Positions 10,284 through 20,254 of a stretch of DNA of 64,000 nt are shown one piece after another; position 1 is the first letter of the stretch; each line of letters opens with the position of its first letter. The stretch is from Nitrospirota bacterium (lineage in GTDB: Bacteria; Nitrospirota; UBA9217). The DNA lies in the NCBI GenBank assembly GCA_963790205.1, contig CAWBNQ010000005.1, positions 192,001 through 256,000 of the forward strand. Reading direction: 5' to 3'. Made by a program: the position numbers and the translations under genes. Below the pieces are notes generated by a model. The model did no database searches and had not been told where the DNA came from. It saw only the letters and a list, made by a program, of their open reading frames with translations.

Positions 10284-10613
10284 TCAGTTTCCAGCGACGT
10301 CGTTTGCGGCGCCTTCCTGCGCGCTTTTGCGCCCGATGAGACCGCGGAACCCGTATTTTCCGGTAAGGTATCCGGCATGGTCGCGACGCTGGCCCATGCG
10401 GCCGAAGAGCACGCGGCTCAGGAGCAGCAACCCGATGCCCTGAAGATAGGTGATCGTCCTGAGTCCGAAAATGGCTGGCATCAGCCAGTTCCAGAGCAGT
10501 TGTACAAAGAAGCCAAGTGCCAGGACGAACGCGAGGACAATGGCTATCCCCCACACAACGTGCCTGACGCCCCGTTTTTCGCTCCCCGTTGCGTCATTCT
10601 GTTTCTCGGACAT
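10284..10613 (-). CDS. Hypothetical membrane protein
   Basis: LWNWLMP.IFGL..ITY.Q..GLLLL..LFG motif; AGGAGG RBS. Confidence 0.8.
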   Translation of the reverse strand: MSEKQNDATGSEKRGVRHVVWGIAIVLAFVLALGFFVQLLWNWLMPAIFGLRTITYLQGIGLLLLSRVLFGRMGQRRDHAGYLTGKYGFRGLIGRKSAQEGAANDVAGN

Positions 10614-10688
10614 GGTTTTTCCTCCTTTTGAAATCCGGGTTCAATTACCTGTCGAGGGACTCATGAAGCGGTCCTTCGTTGTTTATCG

Positions 10689-10705
10689 AGCACGAGCGAT
10701 GCCGA
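10689..10705 (-). promoter_or_regulatory. Possible sigma-54 promoter
   Basis: TCGGCATCGCTCGTGCT has GG-N10-GC spacing about 75 nt upstream of ORF 10613. Confidence 0.35.
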
Positions 10706-10755
10706 ACGGCCGCGGACCTGAGATTGTAGGATGAGCTCATTAACGAAACGGGAGA

Positions 10756-11406
10756 TCATTTTTCCCTGACCCCTTCGATCAGCATATAGGTGTCATGTTT
10801 CACATAGCGCGTTCCCGTCACCTTCAAATCCGGATTGTTCCGGACATGAACCAGCGTGTTCCGGTCGAACCGCGCTCCGTACACTTTTTCAACGAAGGGC
10901 GTGAAGAGGTCCTGCCGCTTTCTCAGCTTGGGACTGTCCGAATACCTCATCTCCAGGAGGCGGAACCCGCCGCCTGGTTTTAATACGCGGGCAAACTCCG
11001 CGAGCGCCTGCTCCTGCAGCTCCTCGGGCAGGACGCAGCAGAGAAAGAACGCCACTACCCAGTCGCGGCTGCCCGACGGGACGGATTCCATCCTGCAGGC
11101 GTCTTCATGGACGAAACGGACGGGACAGGACGCTTCCCTGCGCCGTTTCGCAGCTTTCCTGAGCATGGCGGGACTGAAATCCAGGGCAGTCAGGTTTACC
11201 CCGGGCTGGTAATATTTCAGGTTTCTGCCGGTCCCGATCCCCGCCTCCAGCACCTCGCCCTTCAGGTCGGCCAGCAGCCCGGGCCTCCATCTCCGGTATT
11301 GGAGTTCCCAGGGAAAATCCAGGATATCGTAGAACCAGGCGGTGAAGGCATAGCGTTTCCGGTTCAGCAGATTCAGTTCGTGCAGAGTGAGTTTTTTTGA
11401 GTTCAT
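10756..11406 (-). CDS. Class I SAM-dependent methyltransferase
   Basis: VLEAGIGTGRNL motif I, LDFSPAML, RVLKPGG. Confidence 0.88.
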   Translation of the reverse strand: MNSKKLTLHELNLLNRKRYAFTAWFYDILDFPWELQYRRWRPGLLADLKGEVLEAGIGTGRNLKYYQPGVNLTALDFSPAMLRKAAKRRREASCPVRFVHEDACRMESVPSGSRDWVVAFFLCCVLPEELQEQALAEFARVLKPGGGFRLLEMRYSDSPKLRKRQDLFTPFVEKVYGARFDRNTLVHVRNNPDLKVTGTRYVKHDTYMLIEGVREK

Positions 11407-11482
11407 GGGAGCATTGCGATATTATACATTATACAGCGCTGAGGTGAATAAAAAAACACCACTCCTTTATAGCAGAATGAAT

Positions 11483-12316
11483 TCACTTCGGCACGTCCCG
11501 GAGAATGCTCTTGATATCTCTATTATCGTATTGTTCCCTTCTCCATCGGTACGGCAGATCGATGATCGTACCCGGCTCCTGTATGACGTACAAAGCGCGC
11601 AATGCTTCCGCCAGTACGACCCGCTGCTGCGCTGTTTTGAACGGCTCGCCCAACGGATGGCCGAAAGGCCATCTCAAAAAAACGGTCCTCGGCGGCCTCA
11701 CCTTCTCCGAATATTGCCGCACGATCGAGACGCCGATCGTGGGGATCCCTGATTTTTCAATTTCCCGCTGTATCAATCCCACGGATTGATTGCAGATGCC
11801 TCATCCGGGAGTAAGCAGGACGATATCGACGCAGTCGTTTTTCAACGCTCGTGCGATCTCGGGCGCGTTCCTATCGACCAGTGTCGGGATGTGCCTGCCT
11901 ACTATGTGTCCCATGAAACTGTAATGACGGCCTGCGACACGCCCAATGAGCCCTTCCTGTTCGAATTCCCTCAGTCTTTCCACGGGAAAAACGATGTTGA
12001 TGTCCTTATCGGCATCGGCATGATCATAGTAATCGTGGGTGATCATCAGGTCCGAGGCCGGCCTTCCCAGGTCGATGGCCCGATAAGACGGATCGCCCTC
12101 GTGGTCTTTCATGTCGAAAGGTTCCTGGTCTTTTTGATGAACCCCCGCCGTTGTCACGACCGCGATTGTTGATTCAGAGAGGGCCTTTGTTACCGGGGTC
12201 CAGGGAACATCAAGGGATTGCCGCGGATCGTAGGCGGCAATGAATCTCTTTGCGAGCGAGGGGAAGCGGGTAATAACTTTTGAGATCAGTTTATTTTTTA
12301 GTCTGTCGATGCTCAT
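11483..12316 (-). CDS. PrdB/GrdB-like reductase selenoprotein (Sec at UGA 11801-11803, UxxC motif), 277 aa
   Basis: ORFs 11801..12316 and 11483..11782 are one frame separated by TGA: LLTPG-U-GIC-NQSVGLIQREIE; VTTAGVH, GDPSYR, DINIVFP, PPR..FP.GHPLG motifs; SECIS-like hairpin follows. Confidence 0.88.
11768..11800 (-). promoter_or_regulatory. Bacterial SECIS-like hairpin
   Basis: After UGA: ...ATCAATCC-GTG-GGATTGAT, an 8-bp stem with a G-initiated loop 19 nt from UGA. Confidence 0.7.
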
Positions 12317-12497
12317 GCGTCATGATTTCCCCTAAGGAACGGTTGAACAGTTGGAATATACACTATTTTGGTTTATCTGAAAAGCATACGTTAGCATCCG
12401 GGCGGAGCGGCATGGCAAATCCCCTCGACGTTTTCGGCTGGGAGTAAGGTATTGAATGCAGCGATGCAAACTGATAAGCGCGGCCACGAGGGGCAAT

Positions 12498-12824
12498 CTA
12501 TGGCTCTCTCTCCAGGGAATATCCGGTCTTCTTCCACCCCTCGACGCCGCCTGCGAGGACCTTTACGTTCTTGAATCCTTTCTCGGCATATTCCACTGCC
12601 CGACGGGCAGCGCTCGCCTCCTGAGGTCAGGCGCAGTAGAAGATTATCTCTTGTTCCTTCGGCAGCGAAACGGCCCTGTTCTTAAACTCGCTGAACGAGA
12701 GAGCACCTTCGAGGTGCATTCTCTTAAACTTATCCTCGTCGTCATAAGCGCAGACAAAAAGGGCCGTCTTGGTCAGGACTTTTTTTCTTGCTTCTTCCGG
12801 CGGAATTCTTATCGGCTCGGTCAT
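12498..12824 (-). CDS. Rhodanese-like selenoprotein (CxU, Sec at UGA 12627-12629), 108 aa
   Basis: Reading through TGA gives IIFYCA-U-PQEASAARRAVEYAEKGFKNVKVLAGGVEGWKKTGY, which completes the rhodanese fold; stop TAG at 12498; GGAG RBS. Confidence 0.85.
12594..12626 (-). promoter_or_regulatory. Bacterial SECIS-like hairpin
   Basis: After UGA: CGCTGCCC-GTC-GGGCAGTG stem (one G-U pair), loop 23 nt from UGA. Confidence 0.7.
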
Positions 12825-12891
12825 TTTCCCTCTCCAATTAAAAAAAGGAATGCACGCATTCGCGCGCATTCCCCGGAATCGCGAAAGGTCT

Positions 12892-14211
12892 TTACGCTCT
12901 GGCCTTTGCCAGTCTGAAAAAATCAATGAGGAACATCACCACTCCGGCGGCAAATCCCCACGCTGATACCCAGAACACGGCGTACCACAGCTTCATATAT
13001 CCCTGCGTCGTGAGGTAGTCCATGCCGAGCACCCTCTGGAAATAGACCTGGACGATGCCGGCGATGGCAAGGGAGAGCGCCATCAGCGCCATAAAGGAGC
13101 ACATGAACCAGAAGGCCTTGGTCCCGAGCGACTGCCTGAAGGTCGTGAGTCCTTTTAATTGCGGCATGACGAAATAGATCAGCGTGAGATTCAGCATGGC
13201 ATAGGCGCCGAAGAATGCGAAATGCCCGTGCGAGGCCGTCACCTGCGTGCCGTGGGTCCATTGGTTGATCTGCGGGAGCGTATGGGCGAAGCCCCAGACG
13301 CCGGCGCCGAAAAAGTGCATGACCGCGCACCCGACCGCCCAGGACAAGGCGACCTTGTTCGTGATCTCCAGTTTCCGTTCCCGCACCACGCGAAGCGTGT
13401 CGATCACCATAAAGAGGATGGGAAGCGGTTCAAAAGCACTGAAGATCCCGCCCCACCAGAGCCAGTAGTTCGGCGTGCCGATCCAGTAATAGTGATGCCC
13501 CGTGCCCACGATGCCCGTGAACAGCACGAGGCCCACCTCGACATAGAGCCACTTCTCGACCAGCGCCCGGTCAACGCCCGTTAGTTTCATGAGCATAAAG
13601 GCCATGATCGCGCCGGTGACAAGCTCCCATGCTCCTTCCACCCAGAGGTGTATCACCCACCACCACCAGAAGTACTGGGTTGCCAGGTTCTTCATGAAGA
13701 AAACGCCGAAGAGGAACATGCCCGCGAGCATGACCAAGCCTCCCAGGAGGACCCCCTGGATCACGGTCCATTTTTTTGTCTTCATCATGGTCATGAAGAT
13801 GTTGTAGAGAAAGATCAAAGCGACAAGTACGATGCCGAATTTAAGGATTGTCGGCTGCTCCAGGAAGGGCATGCCCCACGTCCAGCCAAGGAAGTAGCCC
13901 ACGATGGCCGCGACGCCGATAAGCGCGAACAGGATGAGTTGGAAGTTCGCCAGCTTCTTGCTGTAGATCTCGGTCTGCGCCTCTTCCGGGACAAGGTAGT
14001 ACGTCCCTCCCATGAACCCGAAGAGAAGCCAGACCACGAGAAGGTTTATGTGGATGGCCCGCGCGGTGTTGAACGGCAGGATATTGATGAGCGGGTCATA
14101 GTCCCATACGTACTTGGCGCCCATGATCAGGCCGAAGACGACCTGGAGCCCGAAGAGCAGCGCCGCGACGATAAAGTAGTTTAACGCGATCTTCTGTGAT
14201 TCGTATTTCAT
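12892..14211 (-). CDS. norB: Nitric oxide reductase large subunit (cNOR)
   Basis: WWWVIHLWVEG.WE, GTGHHYYWIG, HGH.AFFGAY; polytopic membrane protein. Confidence 0.95.
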   Translation of the reverse strand: MKYESQKIALNYFIVAALLFGLQVVFGLIMGAKYVWDYDPLINILPFNTARAIHINLLVVWLLFGFMGGTYYLVPEEAQTEIYSKKLANFQLILFALIGVAAIVGYFLGWTWGMPFLEQPTILKFGIVLVALIFLYNIFMTMMKTKKWTVIQGVLLGGLVMLAGMFLFGVFFMKNLATQYFWWWWVIHLWVEGAWELVTGAIMAFMLMKLTGVDRALVEKWLYVEVGLVLFTGIVGTGHHYYWIGTPNYWLWWGGIFSAFEPLPILFMVIDTLRVVRERKLEITNKVALSWAVGCAVMHFFGAGVWGFAHTLPQINQWTHGTQVTASHGHFAFFGAYAMLNLTLIYFVMPQLKGLTTFRQSLGTKAFWFMCSFMALMALSLAIAGIVQVYFQRVLGMDYLTTQGYMKLWYAVFWVSAWGFAAGVVMFLIDFFRLAKARA

Positions 14212-14222
14212 CTCATTCCTCC

Positions 14223-14895
14223 TTATCGCAGTCCTGCGAGATAGTGCGCAAGGTCGTCAACGTCCTTTTTGGAAAGCCTCGAAAAGCTCCGGCATAATGG
14301 ACTGAGGGTTGTGCGATTTCGGGTTCCTGAGCTGCGCCTCGATCCATTCGGTGTCGCGTCTTCTGCCGACCTGGGACAGGTCGGGCCCTACTTTGCCGCC
14401 CACGCCGGCGATCATGTGGCATGCGGAGCACCCCTGGGCCTTATAGACCGCCTCGCCCGGGGTGACGGAGGTCACTGCCGACGCCACCATGGGTTTCGGG
14501 GGCCAGTTGTTCGTGTCGATGCCGTTCACCCAGGTGAGGAACGCGACGAGATCGGCGATCTCTTCGTCCTTGAGACCGAGGTTCGGCATCTTTCTCGCAT
14601 TCGGCCAGACCTTCTCCGGGTCCTTCAGGAACCTCGCGACCCATTCGTTGTCCCGGTAGCTCATGACCTTGGTGACGTCGGGGGCGTAGTAGCCGCCGAT
14701 GCCGAGGATCGTGTGGCAGTCGTTGCAGTTATGCTTCTGCCACACCCACTTGCCCGCCGCAACCTGTGCGTCCAGCTTTTCTTCGTGCGTTCTCTGCGGC
14801 ATCTTCACCAGAGAATCATACGTGAGGACAAGAAAGATTATCGCCGATATCGCGGTGCCCCAGATAAAAATTGCCTTCCCCTGTGCGAGTGTCAT
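14223..14895 (-). CDS. norC: Nitric oxide reductase cytochrome c subunit with a second C-terminal heme-c domain; apparent +1 frameshift near 14290
   Basis: TM helix, CNDCH..GGYYAPD, second CSACH..GPDL; removing one G gives MPSFSRLSKKDVDDLAHYLAGLR* ending next to the norB RBS. Confidence 0.85.
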
Positions 14896-14975
14896 TGCTT
14901 CTCCCTTCTTCAATGATATGATTATCCTGTCCAAGGACTGCAATAAATACTTTTACAGGCATTAGGGCTCATGCA

Positions 14976-15134
14976 TCAGACCTTTTCGAACATGTCCTTG
15001 CCTGCGCCGCAGACCGGGCATACCCATCCATCGGGTATCTTTTCGAATGGCGTCCCCGGCGCAATGCCCCCGTCCGGGTCTCCTGTTGCGGGATCATAGA
15101 TCCAGTCGCATACCGTGCACTTCCACTTGTCCAT
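14976..15134 (-). CDS. rub: Rubredoxin
   Basis: 52 aa, CTVC..YDP..GDP..PGTPF..WVCPVCG. Confidence 0.95.
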   Translation of the reverse strand: MDKWKCTVCDWIYDPATGDPDGGIAPGTPFEKIPDGWVCPVCGAGKDMFEKV

Positions 15135-15272
15135 GAAACCTCCGAAAAAAAACAATTGATTTCTATATAGATAGATTATGGCCAGTAAAGGCCCAAGCAG
15201 GAAATTCAAGGAACGAACAACATCGTAGTATTTCCAACTATAGCACAAGAAATAGGCAGTTTGTTGGGCGAT

Positions 15273-16373
15273 TTACTCCAGCGTCGTGTGAAACCGCCGG
15301 AAGCTGGCAACGACGCTTACCACCGCTATGATCGCCAGATACACGATATGGGTGACGACATAATTCGCTTCTCCGCCCTTCAGCATGATGTTGCGAAGAA
15401 GGCCCATGAAGTGCGCGAGCGGGTCGAAGAAGGAAAGCCATCGGAGGGCGGCAGGCATGTTTTCGAGAGGGAACATCATTCCCGAGAACATGATCATCGG
15501 GAAGATGAACAGGAACCCGGCAAGGGTCGCCTGCTGCTGGTTCTTGCAGTAAGTGGAAATCAGGGTCCCCAGGGCCACGGCCGTACAGACAAAGGCGAAG
15601 GACGCGATGAACAAGGCAATCAAAGATCCCCGCATCGGAATATGGAACGCGAATATTGCCACTCCCAGGATCAACGGCACGTTGGACATTCCAAGAAGCA
15701 CATAGGGGATCGTCTTGCCGTATATGACCTCTGACCGCGACACGGGCGCTGAGATCAGCATCTCGAACGTCCCCATCTCCTTTTCCCTCACAATGGCTAT
15801 ATTGGTCAACACCATCGTCGACATAAGCATGAGCATGCACATTACGCCGGGAACCAGAAAGACCGAGGTTTCGAGCGATGGGTTGAAGAGCACGCGCGTG
15901 CTGATCTGAATCGGCGGAGTGGACGGAGTGAGCTCAAGTTCGTCCTTGACCGTTTGCTGGACGATGTTTTGCAGATACGCTTCTATGGACTGCGCCTGGA
16001 CCACGTTTACGGCATTCACGAGCAGCTGCAGCTTCGCGTCCCCGCGGCCGAGCGCGCGTGTGAACCCTCCGGGGGGCGGAACGAGCACGGCATCGGCGTC
16101 GTCCGCTTCGATCATGGTAAAGGGGTCCTGTTCTTTGCTTCTCGCCGGGACAAACCACTTTCCGGCAATGCTCCGTTCGTAGATATCGCGCAGGACTGTG
16201 TCTTTGGAATCAAACACCGCCGCGAGCCTGATGTTCTTGACCTCGTTCGAAAGGGCGACGCCGAAGAGCGTAAGCTGGACCACCGGCATCACGAAGAGCA
16301 TCACGCGCATTCTGGGATCACGGAGGGTCTGGACCAGTTCCTTTTTTATGAATCCGATGAGCGTTTTATTCAT
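15273..16373 (-). CDS. ABC-2 type permease (YbhR-like)
   Basis: FNP.L....FLVPG, IVREKE.GTFE.L, FP.ENMP. Confidence 0.9.
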   Translation of the reverse strand: MNKTLIGFIKKELVQTLRDPRMRVMLFVMPVVQLTLFGVALSNEVKNIRLAAVFDSKDTVLRDIYERSIAGKWFVPARSKEQDPFTMIEADDADAVLVPPPGGFTRALGRGDAKLQLLVNAVNVVQAQSIEAYLQNIVQQTVKDELELTPSTPPIQISTRVLFNPSLETSVFLVPGVMCMLMLMSTMVLTNIAIVREKEMGTFEMLISAPVSRSEVIYGKTIPYVLLGMSNVPLILGVAIFAFHIPMRGSLIALFIASFAFVCTAVALGTLISTYCKNQQQATLAGFLFIFPMIMFSGMMFPLENMPAALRWLSFFDPLAHFMGLLRNIMLKGGEANYVVTHIVYLAIIAVVSVVASFRRFHTTLE

Positions 16374-16386
16374 GACATATTTTCCA

Positions 16387-16530
16387 ACCCGGACAAGCCG
16401 GAGCCAAAAGACAAAATCTAAAAGGCGTCTCTCGCAAAGCCGCAAAGGACGCAAGGGAAATCATTAAGTCCTGGCTTTTAACCCGAATGATTTGCTTTTC
16501 TTTGCGAGCTTGGCGCCTTTGCGAGATAAC
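16387..16530. repeat. Palindromic intergenic repeat (MITE/REP-like family)
   Basis: TCTCGCAAAG...CTTTGCGAGA arms; first ~46 nt match the reverse complement of 27684-27727. Confidence 0.6.
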
Positions 16531-16550
16531 GGTTCTTTTGATTTTCTCAT

Positions 16551-17669
16551 TCATGGCTCAAGGTCCCTCTTGAACTTGCGCGCGGCCAGAAAGATCATCA
16601 GTCCGCAGAAAAAAGTGAGTGCTAAAAACGGTCCGCCGAGTTCAATTAAGCTCGATCCTTTTAAGAACGTGTCTCTGGCAATCAGCATAAACCATCGTGC
16701 CGGCAGGATCATCGTGAAGTACTGAAAGAAGGCAGGCATGCTCGCGATAGGGAAGATAAAGCCGGAGAGCAGGTTCGACGGCAGATAGCCGGTTATCATG
16801 GACAACTGCATGGCGATCGTCTGTTTACGGGTCACCACGGAGATCAAAAGCCCCTGGGCCAGATAGGTCACGAGAAACAGCAGGGCGCCCAGGCCGAAGA
16901 CCCAAAGGCTTCCCACAAAGGGGATGCCGAATACGGTCCTTGCAATGACATACACGAAGACCACGGCGATGATCCCGAGAATACCGTAGGGAGCAAGCTT
17001 GCCCACGATGATCTCGAGGGGCTGCACGGGCGTGGACAGGAGCAGCTCCATGGAGCCGTTCTCCCACTCCCGCGCCACGGTGAGCGCGGTCAGGAGGATC
17101 GAGAGGATCGACATCACCACGACCGTAAGTCCGGGGATCACGAACCACCGGCTGTTCAGCTCGGGGTTGAATAAAAACCTCGTCCGGAGTTCATAGGGGG
17201 GAGTCGGATCAAAATTGCCGATCCGTCGCGAGGCGATATTCTCGATACTGCCCACATACCCCAGCACGGGGCCGACGGTGGAGTTGTCGGAGCCGTCGAC
17301 CAGGACCTGCGCCTCCGCACCCCTGCCGCTGAAGAGGTCCTGCTCAAAGCCCGGGGGAATGATCAGAACTGCGCGCGCCCGCTCCGCGGACACGTCGGTC
17401 GTCCCCTCACGAGGGGAAGAAACGCGATGGACCAGGAAGTAATCGGAACTGCCGAAGGTGTCGAGCAGCCTCCGGGAACTCTGCGATTGGTCCGAATCGC
17501 TCACCGCAAGGGCCACGTGCTTCACGTTGAACTCGATGGCGACGCCGAACATGACTACCATGAAAACCGGCAATGCCAGCGCGGCCCCGAGGGTCGCCGG
17601 GTCCCGAAGGATGTGATAGACTTCCTTCCTCGCCACCGCGACGGCCCTGCGCCAGACAAAGCTGCTCAT
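16551..17669 (-). CDS. ABC-2 type permease (YbhS-like)
   Basis: FNPEL.S.WF.IPG, AREWENGSME.L. Confidence 0.9.
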   Translation of the reverse strand: MSSFVWRRAVAVARKEVYHILRDPATLGAALALPVFMVVMFGVAIEFNVKHVALAVSDSDQSQSSRRLLDTFGSSDYFLVHRVSSPREGTTDVSAERARAVLIIPPGFEQDLFSGRGAEAQVLVDGSDNSTVGPVLGYVGSIENIASRRIGNFDPTPPYELRTRFLFNPELNSRWFVIPGLTVVVMSILSILLTALTVAREWENGSMELLLSTPVQPLEIIVGKLAPYGILGIIAVVFVYVIARTVFGIPFVGSLWVFGLGALLFLVTYLAQGLLISVVTRKQTIAMQLSMITGYLPSNLLSGFIFPIASMPAFFQYFTMILPARWFMLIARDTFLKGSSLIELGGPFLALTFFCGLMIFLAARKFKRDLEP

Positions 17670-18589
17670 ACTGTCTTCCCCTCCACGGTCCGGATGAACA
17701 CATCCTCAAGAGACGGTTTGATCCTTTTGATCGTGAATTTCTTCTCGAAGTCGTTCCGAACCGCTTCCCATGCGGCTTCGCTTTTGATCGCGGCGTGAAA
17801 CCGGAGGCCGTAGGGTTCGAAAAAAAGAAACACGTCATGCCGGGCAAATGCGGACACTTCGGCAAAGCTGAGAGACCCCCGGGGATCGAACTCGAGCATG
17901 GGCGTTGAAAAGGTCGCGGTTTTGAGCCCTTCCGGCGAATCAAGTGCGATGATCCTGCCCTCCCGCATGAGGGCGATCCTGTCGCACTGTTCCGCTTCAT
18001 CCATATAATGGGTGGTCACGAAGACCGTTTTTTTCCTGTGGGCAAGCTGGCGGATGAGCTGCCAGAAGCGGCTGCGCGATGCGGGCGTGACGCCGGCCGT
18101 GGGTTCATCGAGGAATATGATCTCCGGGTCGTGCAAAAGCGCTGCGGCGAGCGACACCTGCTGCTTCGTCCCTCCGGACAGGTTGCGGACGATCGTATTG
18201 AGGGGCTTGTCGAAAGAGATGAAGTCGAATAATTCCTTGCGCCGCTGTGCATAGGTCTCTTTTTCCAGTTTCCTGAGGCTCGCCATGAAGTTCAGGTTCT
18301 CCTCGACGGTCATGTCGTTGTAGAGGGTGAATTTCTGGGACATATACCCGACCTTGGATTTGACCTCCTGTTCGTTGTGGTCGAATCTTATCCCTCCTAC
18401 GCTTACCGAGCCTTCGGACGGCCGCAGGAGGCCGCAGAGCACCCGGATCGTGGTCGTCTTGCCCGCGCCGTTCGCGCCGAGAAACCCGAAGGTTTCGCCG
18501 CGTCGGACCGTGAAGGAAATCCGGTCCACGGCAATGAAATCCCCGAAGCGGACCGAAAGGCCGTCCACTTCCACTGCCAGGTCATTCAT
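17666..18589 (-). CDS. ABC transporter ATP-binding protein
   Basis: GANGAGKT, LSGG, IFLDEPT. Confidence 0.92.
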   Translation of the reverse strand: MNDLAVEVDGLSVRFGDFIAVDRISFTVRRGETFGFLGANGAGKTTTIRVLCGLLRPSEGSVSVGGIRFDHNEQEVKSKVGYMSQKFTLYNDMTVEENLNFMASLRKLEKETYAQRRKELFDFISFDKPLNTIVRNLSGGTKQQVSLAAALLHDPEIIFLDEPTAGVTPASRSRFWQLIRQLAHRKKTVFVTTHYMDEAEQCDRIALMREGRIIALDSPEGLKTATFSTPMLEFDPRGSLSFAEVSAFARHDVFLFFEPYGLRFHAAIKSEAAWEAVRNDFEKKFTIKRIKPSLEDVFIRTVEGKTV

Positions 18590-19316
18590 GGGTATTTCTC
18601 CGGAGGAAAAGTTCATCAAAGCTTGCCACTCCCTCTGATGCCAAGAGCTCCCGCGGCTCGCCGGCAGCGACGAGTTTCCCCCGCTCCAAAAGATGGACGC
18701 GCCCGCACCGCTCCGCTTCGTCCATATACGCCGTAGTCACAAGGATCAGGATCTGCTGGTCCAGGAGGCGGTACAAAAGTTCCCAGAATTCCCTGCGGCT
18801 GATCGGGTCGACTCCGGTCGTGGGTTCATCGAGCAGCATGACCCGGGGCGACCGCAACAGCGCGCACATGAGACCCAGCTTCTTATACATCCCTCCTGAA
18901 AGCTGACCCGCAGGCCGCCCGATGAATTCGCTTAGCCTTGTGATACGAAGGAGTTCGTCGCGTTTCTGCTCATAAAGCTCGCGCGGTATCGCGTAAAGCT
19001 CTTTGAAAAAATCAAGGTGCTCGCCGATGGAAAGGTCGGCGTAGAGGCTTTGCGTCTGCGGCATGTACGCAACAGCAGGACGGACGCTTTCGAAGTCAAT
19101 ATGCTCATCCCCGCGAAAGTAGGAAACCGTGCCTTCCGTGGGTTTGAGCAGGCCGAGCAGGATGCGCAAAAGCGTGGTTTTCCCCGAGCCCTCGGGCCCG
19201 ATTACGCCGTGCATGAGCCCGGATGAGAAGTCGAGGCTCATTGCGTTCAAGGCAGGGTTCCTACCGAATACTTTTGTAACGCCCTGCACGGAAATGGAAA
19301 TAGGCATTGGTGACAT
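18582..19316 (-). CDS. ABC transporter ATP-binding protein
   Basis: GPEGSGKT, LSGGM, LLDEPT; true start near 19316 rather than the long ORF start. Confidence 0.88.
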   Translation of the reverse strand: MSPMPISISVQGVTKVFGRNPALNAMSLDFSSGLMHGVIGPEGSGKTTLLRILLGLLKPTEGTVSYFRGDEHIDFESVRPAVAYMPQTQSLYADLSIGEHLDFFKELYAIPRELYEQKRDELLRITRLSEFIGRPAGQLSGGMYKKLGLMCALLRSPRVMLLDEPTTGVDPISRREFWELLYRLLDQQILILVTTAYMDEAERCGRVHLLERGKLVAAGEPRELLASEGVASFDELFLRRNTHE

Positions 19317-19354
19317 GGCTACCGTTATGACTCGGAAAAGCAAAACCAAAAGCA

Positions 19355-19490
19355 TGAACCGCGAAGGCGCAAGGGACGCAAAGGAAATCTTTTTTTTGGT
19401 CTTACATCCGGAAGTATTTCTTAGGCTTTTCCTTCGCGTTCTTCGTTTATGGCCGCGCATACGCAAGTGCAGGCTACGCCTTCGCGTTAA
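19355..19490. repeat. Palindromic intergenic repeat of the same style as 16387-16530
   Basis: CGCGAAGGCGCAAGGGACGCAAAGG ... CCTTCGCG arms around a T-rich core. Confidence 0.45.
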
Positions 19491-19504
19491 AAGTTTTTTC
19501 TCCC

Positions 19505-20254
19505 CTACTTCGGCAGCTTCACTTCGATCGTCATGCCGGGTTTCAGGATCTCCTGCTCGTTCGAGCCCAGGAAGCTCACTTTCACGCCGAACACGAGGCG
19601 CTCGCGCTCGGACCGCGTCTGCACGTTCTTGGGCGTGAATTCGGCCTCGTCGTTGATCTTGATGAGCTTCCCGTCGAATTCCCGGTTGTTCAGTTCGGGC
19701 AGATATCCCTTGAGCGTCATGCCGACCTGGAGTCTTGAAACCTCCGGCTGGGGAACGTAGATAAAGGCCCAGATGTCCCGGATGTTCGCCAGGGTCAGGA
19801 GCTTCGTCCCGGGATTCACCCATTCCCCCGGCTCATGATACCTGCTCAGGACCACGCCTGAGATCGGCGATTCGACGGAACACCAGCCAAGACGCACGTC
19901 CGCGTCCTCTTTTCTGTTCTTGACCTGGTCCATGATTTCCTGCGAAGAAGTCCCGGCCTTAAAAAGACCAAGGGTCCGCCGGTAGTTGTCGTTCGCCAGT
20001 TCCGAGGCGACCTTCACATCTTCGCAGGCAAGCACGATCAATTCCTGGTCATCCGTCACGTGGTCGCCTTCCTGGACGTTCACTGCTTTGATCGCAGAGG
20101 ATATGCGGGCGGATAAATCCACCTTGGTCGCCTCGAGGGTCCCGGCGTAGAGAAACTCGCCGCGGAAGAACAACAGCTTCGCCGCGATCGCGGCGGCGAT
20201 GGCGATCGCGGCCGCAACAAGGATTATTTTAAGCTTTTTCTTCTTATCGGTCAT
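19505..20254 (-). CDS. HlyD-family membrane fusion protein (YbhG-like)
   Basis: N-terminal TM; SPISGVV..EPGE; AEFTPKNVQT; LKPGM. Confidence 0.9.
   Translation of the reverse strand: MTDKKKKLKIILVAAAIAIAAAIAAKLLFFRGEFLYAGTLEATKVDLSARISSAIKAVNVQEGDHVTDDQELIVLACEDVKVASELANDNYRRTLGLFKAGTSSQEIMDQVKNRKEDADVRLGWCSVESPISGVVLSRYHEPGEWVNPGTKLLTLANIRDIWAFIYVPQPEVSRLQVGMTLKGYLPELNNREFDGKLIKINDEAEFTPKNVQTRSERERLVFGVKVSFLGSNEQEILKPGMTIEVKLPK

Noticed and set aside
19317..19823. Long N-terminal extension of the ABC ATPase ORF
   Set aside because: Overlaps the HlyD gene and a repeat; ABC homology starts near 19316
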